From IMG/VR virus record IMGVR_UViG_3300042508_000428: DNA of 64,000 nt; one strand, 5' to 3'. The notes below the pieces were generated by a model. The model did not search any database. It was given only the letters and a program-made list of their open reading frames with translations, and was not told the origin of the DNA. Numbering within the stretch: position 1 is the stretch's first letter; every line of letters starts with the position of its first letter. Source of the DNA: a virus. Shown piece after piece: positions 1-9,802 of the stretch. The translations under genes were made by a program, and so were the position numbers.

Positions 1-1
1 T

Positions 2-253
2 TTCTCTAATCTGATATACGATTCAAAGGATAAAACTTATTTGTTGGGTTATTTTGAAAGAGGTTTGTCAATATCACACGATTTAACAAAAGGTGTTTTT
101 GCTAGAGGAAATGGATTTGAAGTATATCCGAAACTTTATTCTCTTAATTTTTCGTTGACAGTTTTACACAGTTTTTTACCAGGCTATGTTAAATCAGCAA
201 ACGGAAACGAACCCGTAACAAATCCCATTAATATATTACAGGCGGTTAGATAA
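2..253 (+). CDS. C-terminal part of a probable baseplate/tail-tube-initiator-like structural protein (5' truncated by the window)
   Basis: Frame is open from position 2. The YPKLYSLNFSLTVLH segment resembles contractile-tail tube/baseplate proteins, and the gene lies directly before a LysM-type baseplate gene. Confidence 0.45.
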   Translation, partial: FSNLIYDSKDKTYLLGYFERGLSISHDLTKGVFARGNGFEVYPKLYSLNFSLTVLHSFLPGYVKSANGNEPVTNPINILQAVR

Positions 254-597
254 TGGCAATATCTAGATATAGAAAAACAGATAAAACAAAAAATATCGAT
301 GAAGACTATAAGAAAGTTTTTTCTAGTAGATTTGGTCCAACTGGTCTTGTTCAATATACGACAACCACAATAAAACAACCAACTGATGAAGAATTATTAA
401 ACGTTACTTATGCAACAGAAACATGGGCGTTAGGTAAAAGATTATACAAGCTTTCATTTAAATATTATGGTGACTCACAATATTGGTGGTTAATAGCATT
501 GTTTAATAAATTAGGAACAGAAGCAGATTTAAAAGTTGGTGATACTGTCAATATACCTTTACCACTTGATATCGTATTAAATTTATATGGATTTTAA
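253..597 (+). CDS. LysM-like baseplate wedge protein (T4 gp53 / P2 gpX-like)
   Basis: RLYKLSFKYYGDSQYWWLIALFN...LKVGDTVNIP is the LysM-like pattern of phage baseplate proteins. Confidence 0.75.
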   Translation: MAISRYRKTDKTKNIDEDYKKVFSSRFGPTGLVQYTTTTIKQPTDEELLNVTYATETWALGKRLYKLSFKYYGDSQYWWLIALFNKLGTEADLKVGDTVNIPLPLDIVLNLYGF

Positions 598-599
598 AT

Positions 600-3176
600 A
601 TGAGCAATTCCCTTAACATATATTTTCCAGTAGGTAATTTAAATCATCAAGGTTGGTTAACGGACTTTATTACTCCTTTTATTCCAAGAACTCCGAAGAG
701 ATCTATAGAAGCAAATTTGTTTTATGATAAAAAGTTTTCAGAGAAAACCTATAAATTGCTAGAACAAAAATTTAACAATATAGCAGAGTTTAATAATTTT
801 TTATCTAGAAGAAATTACGTAGATGAAGAAAAAATAATATCTATAAATGCAAATCATCTTGATAAAATAGATTTAGATCAAACTTTATCAGACTCTACAT
901 TAACTCAAGCAGAACATGAAAAATATTTAAGATTTATGTCCTCTGCTAAACCATATGAATTAGCGTTTATACAAAGTTACATGAGATTGTCTTACGGATT
1001 TAAGAGAAATGCAAAAGAAGAAAATTATACATTTATAGATTTTCCTTTTACTCAAATATTTGATAAAGATTTTATTTTAGGAGAAAATAAATCTGGCTTT
1101 CCAAGAACAGAAGGAAGTGGTATCAAATCTATAAACGTATCAAACGAATTTAATGTAGTTACTCATGTAAACTCAAAAGTTACTATTAATTTCTTTTTTG
1201 GTAATATGAAAATATTAACCAGAGAAATGAAAGAAAATGGTTCTGTTGCAGAAAACGAAGAAGTGAATAAGCAAACTTTTCCTTTTGGTTTTAATTTTAT
1301 GAAACTTTTTACAAGTTTTGATATTTCCAGAGAAATTGTTAAACTTGAATACGGTAAAAAAGTTTCAGACGGATTTAATGATTATGTAAAAGATAAAGAT
1401 TTAAAAGATATTATAGAAAAGAAAGAAAAAAAAGTTCTTTATTTAAACAAAATTAATCATAATTTTAACTTTAACAGCGATGGAAGAATAGGTCTTTCTG
1501 TAACTTATCTTGATATAGGTAGAGCAAGATTGCTTAAACCAAATACAGTTTATATACCTTGTGATTCTTCAAAAGTAACGAGTACTGAAAATTATAAAAC
1601 ACTTTTAGAGAATTATCATAATCAAAAAAGACTAGCAAATGAAAAAAATTTAGAAATACTAGCAAAAGAATATGAACTGAAAGATAGTGGTAAAAATCAA
1701 CAATTAAAAGAACTTAGAGAAAGGAATAAAGAAACTCTTTCTGAAATTAATGTAAAACTAGAAAATTTAAGAATAGAACTTAGAAACAATTTTACAACAA
1801 TATTTTTAGATAAAATAAAAGAACAAGGACAATTATTTTCTATTAAATTTAAGTCCAAGAAAGATAAGAATCTAACAACCGTTACTTGTAATTTGAGTTT
1901 AGTTAAACCAACTGACGGGAGTCTGTTAGAACTACGAGAATATGAAAGCGTATATAATTTAGATGATTTTAAAGATTTTCCAAAAAAACAAGAATTATTT
2001 AATAAAATAACCAATACTCCTGGAAATTCTAATACAGGTGATGGAAATAAAATATTTGGACAATTTCAATTTTTTCCTCTTAGATCTTTGATAGCAGCTG
2101 CTTATTCTTTTTTATGTGAAGAAGAAAAAAGAGATGTCCCTTATATACTTTTAGGAAATTCATATACAACCATAAATAATAAAACTGCTTCAATAAACAT
2201 TGGAGATCTTTTAGTAGAAGCGGAGACTTTTAAAAAATGGTATTATGAAAATTGTTTAAGTAAAGACAAAAGAGAGTATTCATTTGGAGCATTCGTTAGT
2301 GATATAGTAAATGATCTAATTCCAAGAATTTTACATAGAAACAAATTAATAAATACCAATTCAGCATCTACAGTTCTTTTTAAGAATTTCTTCTTAACAA
2401 ACGACATACAACAAAGTTTAAAAGATGATTTATATTTTAAAGATTCAGATGAAACATTAAGAACATTTTGTTCTAAAATAACACCACAAGTATCAGAAAA
2501 CAATCCTAATGCTTTAATTTATATCACTCAAATAAACAGTTTTAGTTCTAACTTGCAGGCTCCAACAATAAACAATAATTCATCACAATTTTTTTATGAT
2601 GAAATAAAAGATAATAAAAAAGGTATTTTACATATAAAATTTGGAGCAGATGGTGGATTAATAAAAAATGCAGATTTTTCTGCTACAGATAATTCAAAAA
2701 TAGCTAGCGCGTATTATTATGAATCATTAGCAAATAGTGTTTCAAAAGTATTAATATATTATTATCGAATGAGCATAAATATGATTGGTAATAACACTTT
2801 TTCATATAACTCTTATGTCTGCGTACCACTTAAAGCTCTTGGTCTCGAAACCACAGAAACAGATCCGGGAATCGCAGGTTACTATAGAGTTCTCTCTACA
2901 ACTGATCAAATTAGTCAAGATTTAACATATGATACAACTGCAGAGTGTGTTTGGACATATTCACCAGAAATAAATAAAGTTAAAAATCAAGTTACTCCAA
3001 ATCCAAGTGATAATGGTAAAATCACAGGTCAACTAGATGTAAATGTGAATAGTCCGATAGAATATATTAACAAGTTAATGAGTGATACAACAGATTCCGC
3101 GACAAGCAATGGAGTTCCAACTAATGGTCAGTTAGCGAAAAAAGATGATAAAACTTCTAAAAAATCAGGAGAATAA
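600..3176 (+). CDS. Large structural protein, possibly baseplate hub
   Basis: 858 aa with AT-rich codons, directly after the LysM baseplate gene. The call rests on synteny only. Confidence 0.4.
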   Translation: MSNSLNIYFPVGNLNHQGWLTDFITPFIPRTPKRSIEANLFYDKKFSEKTYKLLEQKFNNIAEFNNFLSRRNYVDEEKIISINANHLDKIDLDQTLSDSTLTQAEHEKYLRFMSSAKPYELAFIQSYMRLSYGFKRNAKEENYTFIDFPFTQIFDKDFILGENKSGFPRTEGSGIKSINVSNEFNVVTHVNSKVTINFFFGNMKILTREMKENGSVAENEEVNKQTFPFGFNFMKLFTSFDISREIVKLEYGKKVSDGFNDYVKDKDLKDIIEKKEKKVLYLNKINHNFNFNSDGRIGLSVTYLDIGRARLLKPNTVYIPCDSSKVTSTENYKTLLENYHNQKRLANEKNLEILAKEYELKDSGKNQQLKELRERNKETLSEINVKLENLRIELRNNFTTIFLDKIKEQGQLFSIKFKSKKDKNLTTVTCNLSLVKPTDGSLLELREYESVYNLDDFKDFPKKQELFNKITNTPGNSNTGDGNKIFGQFQFFPLRSLIAAAYSFLCEEEKRDVPYILLGNSYTTINNKTASINIGDLLVEAETFKKWYYENCLSKDKREYSFGAFVSDIVNDLIPRILHRNKLINTNSASTVLFKNFFLTNDIQQSLKDDLYFKDSDETLRTFCSKITPQVSENNPNALIYITQINSFSSNLQAPTINNNSSQFFYDEIKDNKKGILHIKFGADGGLIKNADFSATDNSKIASAYYYESLANSVSKVLIYYYRMSINMIGNNTFSYNSYVCVPLKALGLETTETDPGIAGYYRVLSTTDQISQDLTYDTTAECVWTYSPEINKVKNQVTPNPSDNGKITGQLDVNVNSPIEYINKLMSDTTDSATSNGVPTNGQLAKKDDKTSKKSGE

Positions 3177-3179
3177 AAG

Positions 3180-4508
3180 TTGGGTCAGTTAAAAGATAAA
3201 TTTAATGCAAGAAAAGATTATGATGTTTATGGTCCATCTTGGTTAGGATTTTCAAAAGATGGAGGTGAGCGTCCTAAATTTTCTTATTCAGATCCAGATT
3301 TGCCATCCTTATACGCAGAATACTTTATAGACTCTTGGAACGTAATTCCTCTTTATGGCAAAGTAGATACTCTTGGCATACCCATTATGCCAAAAATGGG
3401 TTTGGTTACTTTTTGTTCTTATACGAAAGACCCAAATAGAGTTTTTTTAGTTCAACCAGCAATAAATTTTTATAATTCTTTTAGAGAACAATATGAGGAT
3501 TATTATGCTCTCGGAGCAATAAATAAAAATTCAAAATTCTTTAAAAAGACAATACCACCAGTAAAAGGACATATTGATGGAGATGTTGAATATTATAATA
3601 AAGTAAAACAGTTATATAATCAATTTTTTAATTACGAGGTTGTAAGTCAAAATTCAAAATTATCAAAACTGTGGTCAACAAACGCATCTAACAAAATTAA
3701 AAATTTTGACGATTTTATTAATGAATTAGAAAACTATATTTCTTTTAATAATTTATATTTTACAAGAGCAGGATATGTTGAATCAACTGATTATTCTTTG
3801 CTACATTCTGGTTTAGCAGTTGAAATATATAATGGAGATTCTTCAAATGATCCATTAAGAGAAGAATTTGTTAATGATGTAAACTTCCCATCTTTTATTG
3901 AACTATGTGCAAGAAATAATCTTAAGTTAGACAGAGAAAAACCCTGGAGAGTTTACGTTGACGTTAGAACCACTCCAAATAGAAATAATTTTAATAATAA
4001 ATTTAATATATCTAACTTTCAAAGTAGCATAACACAGTATTTGCCACACTATAAAAATATTCAAGACTTCTTTGACTTCTATTATGCAAGAGCAATACCA
4101 TACGATGAAGTTTCTTTTGTTTATTTTCAAGAATTTATAAACCTAATCAATTCTTTTTATAAATCTTTTATAGAAAGTTTCCCAACTTTTAAATTTTATT
4201 CTATAAATGAGTGTGGAAAAGCAACAGTAAAAGAGATTCAAAGAGGTTTAATGCCTACTTTAAGTGTAGATAAATACCTAGAACTATACTTAAGAATGAG
4301 AAATATAGAGTTGAAATATTCTGTTAATAAAGAAAAACTACAGGAACTTACAAAGCAATCTATTGAATTATACAAAAGTTTAGAAAAAGAACAGGGTTTA
4401 CAAAATTCAGTTATTTTTGCTGTTAAATATTATACAGACAACATTGGAACCCTTGCTTATCGCAACCCTTCGCTCTACGAACTTGACGAGAAAGAAAAGA
4501 TGCCCTAA
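3180..4508 (+). CDS. Hypothetical protein, probably structural
   Basis: 442-aa ORF contiguous with the baseplate block and with the same codon style. The start is TTG. Confidence 0.5.
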   Translation: MGQLKDKFNARKDYDVYGPSWLGFSKDGGERPKFSYSDPDLPSLYAEYFIDSWNVIPLYGKVDTLGIPIMPKMGLVTFCSYTKDPNRVFLVQPAINFYNSFREQYEDYYALGAINKNSKFFKKTIPPVKGHIDGDVEYYNKVKQLYNQFFNYEVVSQNSKLSKLWSTNASNKIKNFDDFINELENYISFNNLYFTRAGYVESTDYSLLHSGLAVEIYNGDSSNDPLREEFVNDVNFPSFIELCARNNLKLDREKPWRVYVDVRTTPNRNNFNNKFNISNFQSSITQYLPHYKNIQDFFDFYYARAIPYDEVSFVYFQEFINLINSFYKSFIESFPTFKFYSINECGKATVKEIQRGLMPTLSVDKYLELYLRMRNIELKYSVNKEKLQELTKQSIELYKSLEKEQGLQNSVIFAVKYYTDNIGTLAYRNPSLYELDEKEKMP

Positions 4509-4517
4509 GATGGTGCC

Positions 4518-5696
4518 ATGCTTTTTGAACTAGTTGACTCAAAACAGAATTGTAATAGTTGCTTCGTTGATGGAAATATCAGCGACTATGCTTCTTTAGA
4601 AAATCCAACGCATACTTGGGATTATTCACCAACATTTGAGAACAGACAAATGGAACTTGCCTGCCTTTATGCTGGCACAAAGAATATTGAAGATGCTTGC
4701 TCTCACGAACTTAGAGAAAGATACTTGTCTCTTAGATCTCGTTTGAAAGCATTTATGAAGTCTTTTATTACAGCACAAGTAAATTTAAAAGAAAATTGCT
4801 TCTTTGATCTTGTTCCAATTACTTTTGTTCATGAACTTTTTTCTGTCCGCTCTTTGATTATGAAAGAGATATTTGAAACAAAGAAAAGACCAGATAATTA
4901 TGACTTTCTCTACAATCTTAACAAGATGATTTATGAAATCTCTGAAAAGGAGATAAAGATTGAGATGAAAAATTTGCCTGTCATTGGAGAGATCCGCAAT
5001 GCAAGCAAAATGAAGAAGAAAGTTAAATACAACATGTTTGGAACAATTACCGGTCGTCTTTCGACAGAACAGGATAGTTTTCCAATTCTAACAATGAACA
5101 AGAATCTTCGTTGCATTGTTGAGCCGAACAATGATTTCTTGCTGGAACTTGATTTTAATGCTTTTGAACCAAGAATTCTTCTTGCCCTCAACGGAAAAAA
5201 ACAACCAAATACGGATCTACACGAATGGAACAAGGACAATATCTTAATTGGAACCAGCAGAGACGGAGCAAAGAAGAAGTTCCTAGCATGGATGTATGAT
5301 GAGAGAGGTACTACTACACTACCCCCTCTACAAGAGAAGAAGATCAAATTTTTCTATGATAAAAATCTTGTAAAGAGTAAATACTATGATGGTTGCTTGG
5401 TTAAAAACCATTACGGCAGAGAAATAAAAGCAGACAAAGAACACGCCTTAAATTACATCATACAGAGCACCGCTTCTGACTGCTTCTTGCGGAGAATGGT
5501 TGAGGTAAATAATCTCTTAAAAGGTAAGAAATCCTTTGTTAAATTCTTGATTCACGACTCAGTTGTGATTGATATGTCTGTAGAAGAAAAGAATCTTGTA
5601 AAAGATATATGTAATGTGTTCTCGAACACAGACTTTGGTAAATTTATGATTACAAAAAAGATTGGTAAAAATTATGGAGATATGAAAAAACTATGA
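4518..5696 (+). CDS. polA: Short family-A DNA polymerase (polymerase domain only)
   Basis: TITGRLS, motif A LDFNAFE, motif B RDGAKKKFLAWMY, ALNYIIQSTASD and motif C IHDS. No exonuclease domains are recognisable. Confidence 0.85.
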   Translation: MLFELVDSKQNCNSCFVDGNISDYASLENPTHTWDYSPTFENRQMELACLYAGTKNIEDACSHELRERYLSLRSRLKAFMKSFITAQVNLKENCFFDLVPITFVHELFSVRSLIMKEIFETKKRPDNYDFLYNLNKMIYEISEKEIKIEMKNLPVIGEIRNASKMKKKVKYNMFGTITGRLSTEQDSFPILTMNKNLRCIVEPNNDFLLELDFNAFEPRILLALNGKKQPNTDLHEWNKDNILIGTSRDGAKKKFLAWMYDERGTTTLPPLQEKKIKFFYDKNLVKSKYYDGCLVKNHYGREIKADKEHALNYIIQSTASDCFLRRMVEVNNLLKGKKSFVKFLIHDSVVIDMSVEEKNLVKDICNVFSNTDFGKFMITKKIGKNYGDMKKL

Positions 5697-6517
5697 ATGT
5701 TCTTGGACTTGGTAAAGGCGGTTGTTCTATCGCTGATTTGTTCTCTCAGTATCCAGAGTACAAGGTTTTCAAAGCAGATGCTGGAATAAAAGGTAAAAAT
5801 TGTCTTACAATTCCACAATGTTCTTCGATCGAACAATATGAAGAGAAACTACCAGAGTTTAAACAACTCTCAAAGTTAAAAGGAGAGACTCTATTTGTTA
5901 TTTGTGGTGGCGGAAATGTATCAGGAGCAACCCTAAAACTACTAGAGCAGGTAAAACATACAGAAATAACAATTCTTTATATTCGTCCAGATCCGAACCT
6001 TATCTCGGCAGAAATAGCAATGAAAGATAAAGTTACTTTTGGCATTCTACAGGAATTTACCAGGAGTAGCTTATTTAAGAAAATGATTCTGATCTCAAAT
6101 TCTCAGGTTGAAAATCTACTTGGTGGATTATCGGTAATGGAATATTATGATAGTCTAAACAAGGTAATTGTTTCGACTCTCCACATGACAAATTACCTCT
6201 TGACAGCAAATAATGTCTTTGGTAAGATGTCAGCGGAAAGAGACTTGGACAGAATTTCTACTATTGGCATCGTAAACAACGAAGACGGAACAGAGAGTTA
6301 TTTATATAACCTTGATTCACCAAGGCAAAAAATATTTCTCTATGCTATTAAAGAGAGTGACTTGACAACAAACAAAGAGTTGATTAAGATGATTCAACAG
6401 CAGACGAAAAGTTCGTACTCTGGTACAGAATTGGATATTTCATACAAAATCACAACGACAAACTATGAATCCAATTTTGTTTACATTATTTCAAATACCA
6501 ACATTATACAACAATAA
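5693..6517 (+). CDS. Tubulin/FtsZ-family protein (PhuZ/TubZ-like, divergent)
   Basis: N-terminal VLGLGKGGCSIAD loop and a GGGNVSG variant of the GGGTGSG signature. ATGA overlap with polA. Confidence 0.8.
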   Translation: MNVLGLGKGGCSIADLFSQYPEYKVFKADAGIKGKNCLTIPQCSSIEQYEEKLPEFKQLSKLKGETLFVICGGGNVSGATLKLLEQVKHTEITILYIRPDPNLISAEIAMKDKVTFGILQEFTRSSLFKKMILISNSQVENLLGGLSVMEYYDSLNKVIVSTLHMTNYLLTANNVFGKMSAERDLDRISTIGIVNNEDGTESYLYNLDSPRQKIFLYAIKESDLTTNKELIKMIQQQTKSSYSGTELDISYKITTTNYESNFVYIISNTNIIQQ

Positions 6518-6528
6518 AGGAAAAAACA

Positions 6529-7278
6529 ATGGCTATTGACATTAAAAAAATGCGTGAAAAACTAAATAACCTCAATAACAAAAGTGGCGCAAAAGGTAAG
6601 ACCACACAATACTGGAAACCAGTTGATGGTGCGGATTCAACCATCCGTATTCTTCCAACTGATGACGGTGATCCTCTAAAGGAGTTCTATTTCCATTATC
6701 TTCGCACCGAGAAGAAGTTTCAGAGTGTTCTATGTCCAAAGAAGAACTTTGGTGAGAACTGTCCAATGTGTGATCTCGTTTCCAAACTCTACAAAGAGGG
6801 CGACGAGGAAAGTCGTAAGCTCGCCAAGGATATGACTGCCAAGCAGAGATTTTTCTCTCCAATCATCGTTCGCGGTGAAGTTGAGAAGGGTGCCCAAATC
6901 TGGGGATACTCCAAGACCATCTACGAAGAACTACTCAAGTTGATGCTCAACCCTGAGTATGGCGATATTACTGACACTGACGAAGGTTTGGACTTGGTTG
7001 TGTCTGTGTCTAAAAAGTCAGGTAAACTCTATCCCGAGACCAGTTTGACACCAAAACGTAAATCTTCTCCTCTTGCTGACAAGAAAGAGACAATTACCGA
7101 ACTAGTTAATCATGGAACTGATTTCGACTCGTTGTTCGAGCGAAAAACAGCAAGTCAAGTTGCCGAGATCCTTGATGAATTCCTTAATGGACCGAGCGAT
7201 GAAGGAGGTGATCCCACCAATGCTACGGACGATGGCGGTCAAGATTTAGATTCCGCCCTTAAAGATCTTAATGTTTAG
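6529..7278 (+). CDS. Single-stranded DNA-binding protein (gp32-like)
   Basis: WKP...IRILP, FYFHY, CPK-x5-CPMC zinc motif and acidic C-terminal tail. Lies next to recA. Confidence 0.75.
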   Translation: MAIDIKKMREKLNNLNNKSGAKGKTTQYWKPVDGADSTIRILPTDDGDPLKEFYFHYLRTEKKFQSVLCPKKNFGENCPMCDLVSKLYKEGDEESRKLAKDMTAKQRFFSPIIVRGEVEKGAQIWGYSKTIYEELLKLMLNPEYGDITDTDEGLDLVVSVSKKSGKLYPETSLTPKRKSSPLADKKETITELVNHGTDFDSLFERKTASQVAEILDEFLNGPSDEGGDPTNATDDGGQDLDSALKDLNV

Positions 7279-7281
7279 CAC

Positions 7282-7325
7282 TTGACTAATTGGGGTTGGT
7301 AGGGTAAAATCTACCAACCCTTTTT
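7282..7325 (+). promoter_or_regulatory. Sigma70-type promoter inside a terminator-like hairpin, upstream of recA
   Basis: TTGACT 7282, N17, TAAAAT 7305. Stem gggttggtag (7293-7302)/ctaccaaccc (7311-7320) followed by a T-tract. Confidence 0.7.
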
Positions 7326-7338
7326 ATTTGGAGACAAA

Positions 7339-8493
7339 ATGGCAAACGTAAAAAAGAAAGATAAAGAAACAAAAGGCAGAGTGTCTATTCAACAAATGAG
7401 AGATATTCTCAACAAAAAGGCTGGCGCGGTGGTCGCATACAGTCTAGAAGAGTCTAATCCAACTGATGTAGATGAATGGATTCCGACAGGTTCTCGATGG
7501 TTAGATTCTATTATCTGTAAAGGTAAGATCTCTGGTATTCCAATGGGCAAGATTGTTGAACTTGCTGGTTTGGAAGCAGCAGGTAAATCTTATATGGCAG
7601 CACAAATCGCAGCACATGCACAACAAAAGGGTATTGACGTAGTCTATTTCGATTCAGAGTCTGCAATCGCTTCAGACTTCATGGAGAAGGTTGGTTGTGA
7701 TCTATCCACTCTACTTTATGTTCAGGCAAGATCAGTTGAGTTTGTGTTAGAAACAATTGAAGAACTTCTCGCAAACAACCAAAATAAGATGTTGTTTATT
7801 TGGGACTCGATTGCATTTACACCAACAGAGACAGACGTAGAGGGAGACTTCGATCCACAATCATCAATGGCAGTCAAACCGAGAATTTTATCAAAAGCAT
7901 TCTCGAAACTGATTCAACCTTTGGCAAATAGCGGCAGCACCCTGCTCTGCCTCAACCAGTTGAAAACAAACATCACCAGAAGCCCGCAAGAGGCCCTTCT
8001 AAACCCGTATTTTACTCCAGGCGGTAAAGCCTTGGCTTATGCTTATTCTCTTCGCATTTGGCTCACAGCGAGAAAAGGAAAGGCAAGTTTCATTCTTAAT
8101 GATGCTGGGTTCAGAATTGGTAATGAGGTCAAAGCAAAGATTGAGAAGTCCAGATTTGGTACACAAGGTCGAGAATGTACATTCAAAATTCTTTGGGGTG
8201 GTGACGACATTGCGATTCAAGATGAAGAATCTTGGTTTGAGGCAATTAAAAACTCTGACAAACTAAAACAATCTGGTGCTTGGTATACTTTGGTATTTGA
8301 AGACGGAAAAGAAGTTAAGTTCCAATCAAAAGATTGGATTGACAAGTTAAAAGACAAAGAGTTTAGAGAACAAGTATTAAGATTGATGGATAAAGAAGTA
8401 ATCCAGAAGTTCGATTCAAGAGAAGGAAATGCTAAGAACTTCTACAATATCGACGGAGAGGATGAAGAAGAAGTAGAACTTGATGAAGAATAA
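7339..8493 (+). CDS. recA: RecA/UvsX recombinase
   Basis: IPTGSRWLD, Walker A GLEAAGKS, YFDSE, WDSI, CLNQLK, TPGGKALAY. Confidence 0.95.
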   Translation: MANVKKKDKETKGRVSIQQMRDILNKKAGAVVAYSLEESNPTDVDEWIPTGSRWLDSIICKGKISGIPMGKIVELAGLEAAGKSYMAAQIAAHAQQKGIDVVYFDSESAIASDFMEKVGCDLSTLLYVQARSVEFVLETIEELLANNQNKMLFIWDSIAFTPTETDVEGDFDPQSSMAVKPRILSKAFSKLIQPLANSGSTLLCLNQLKTNITRSPQEALLNPYFTPGGKALAYAYSLRIWLTARKGKASFILNDAGFRIGNEVKAKIEKSRFGTQGRECTFKILWGGDDIAIQDEESWFEAIKNSDKLKQSGAWYTLVFEDGKEVKFQSKDWIDKLKDKEFREQVLRLMDKEVIQKFDSREGNAKNFYNIDGEDEEEVELDEE

Positions 8494-8499
8494 TCTTGC

Positions 8500-8549
8500 T
8501 TGACAAGAAGCCCAAGGTTGGACTATAATGGTTCCACCTTGGGTTTTTT
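8500..8549 (+). promoter_or_regulatory. Sigma70-type promoter inside a terminator-like hairpin
   Basis: TTGACA 8500, N18, TATAAT 8524 in the loop of cccaaggttgg/ccaccttggg, followed by T6. Confidence 0.7.
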
Positions 8550-8562
8550 ATTAGGAGTTGAC

Positions 8563-8838
8563 ATGTCCGATATACACCGAAAACAACTTGAAAATCTTGG
8601 AAGCATAAAAGTTACAAAGATTAAAGAAAAGAAAGATGGATCAGCAAAGATCACTTTCAGTGTTAGTGAAGACTTCATAAGGTCTTACAATGAACTTTAT
8701 CATCTGGCAGAATGGGATCAGAAACACTTTGAGCAAACAATGATCTCTGCTGTTGGAGAAGCAATGGTAAAAGAAAGCAGAAAGAACGAACAAGACCCTG
8801 ATTTTCTGTGGTCTCTTCCAAAGGATAATAATGAGTAA
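8563..8838 (+). CDS. Hypothetical protein
   Basis: AGGAG before ATG 8563; start corrected from the ORF track. Confidence 0.6.
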   Translation: MSDIHRKQLENLGSIKVTKIKEKKDGSAKITFSVSEDFIRSYNELYHLAEWDQKHFEQTMISAVGEAMVKESRKNEQDPDFLWSLPKDNNE

Positions 8839-9802
8839 TATATTAATAATTGATGGATTAAATCTATTTTTCCGAGCATATATGATGGATCCCTCACTTG
8901 GTCCAAATGGTCAACCAACGGGAGGAATTAAAGGTACATTTAAAATGATGCAGAAACTTATTCGGGAAAACAATCCTGACAAGATTTATTTCTGCTGGGA
9001 TGGCCCTAAGTCAGCAATTCGTAGGCGAGCAGTAAACAGCAACTATAAGGAAGGGCGAAAACCTATTCGTCTAAATAGAAATTTTGGTGATCTCACCGAA
9101 GAAGATGAGAAGCAAAATCGTTATTGGCAATACGGTAGAGTAGTAGAATATTTGAACCAAATGCCGATCGCTCAGATCTATCTTGATTTTGTAGAAGCAG
9201 ACGATGCTATTTCGGTTCTCTGCCGTGAATTGTCGGCAGATAAAAAGACAATCGTGTCTAACGACAAAGACTTCTTGCAACTCTTAGATCCAAATACCTT
9301 TCTATATCGTCCATGTAAAGAAGAAATTTACGATGTAGAAAAAGTAGTAGGCGAATATGATATTCATCCAACAAATTTTGCTTTAGCAAGAGCAGTTGTT
9401 GGAGATGCCTCGGATAATTTACCGGGAGCAAAAGGTGTTGGTCTAAAAACAATGGCAAAGAAGTTTCCACAACTTAAAGAAGAAAAGTCTGTGATGTTGA
9501 CGGAAATCTTCGACATGTGTAAGAATGACCCAAAGCCAATGAAGATTCACGAATCAATTCTGGAATCAGAGAAACTTATTAAAGACAACTATGATATGAT
9601 GCAACTTTATGCTCCCTCTCTTTCTATTGATGTGAGAGAGAAAATTCGTGGCATCATTGATGAGTATCCTGTTGGGTTTAATAAAACCAATCTTCGCATG
9701 ATGATGATGCAAGATGGAACTGGTAATTTCTCTTGGACAGAATTGTTTTCAAATCTAAATATGATTTCAATAACATCGAAGGTAAAGAATGAGCAACAAT
9801 AA
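8831..9802 (+). CDS. 5'-3' exonuclease / flap endonuclease (T4 RNase H-like, PIN fold)
   Basis: IIDGLNLFFR, CWDG, YKEGR, VEADDAI, IVSNDKDFLQL, VGDASDNLPGAKGVG. Confidence 0.92.
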   Translation: MSNILIIDGLNLFFRAYMMDPSLGPNGQPTGGIKGTFKMMQKLIRENNPDKIYFCWDGPKSAIRRRAVNSNYKEGRKPIRLNRNFGDLTEEDEKQNRYWQYGRVVEYLNQMPIAQIYLDFVEADDAISVLCRELSADKKTIVSNDKDFLQLLDPNTFLYRPCKEEIYDVEKVVGEYDIHPTNFALARAVVGDASDNLPGAKGVGLKTMAKKFPQLKEEKSVMLTEIFDMCKNDPKPMKIHESILESEKLIKDNYDMMQLYAPSLSIDVREKIRGIIDEYPVGFNKTNLRMMMMQDGTGNFSWTELFSNLNMISITSKVKNEQQ

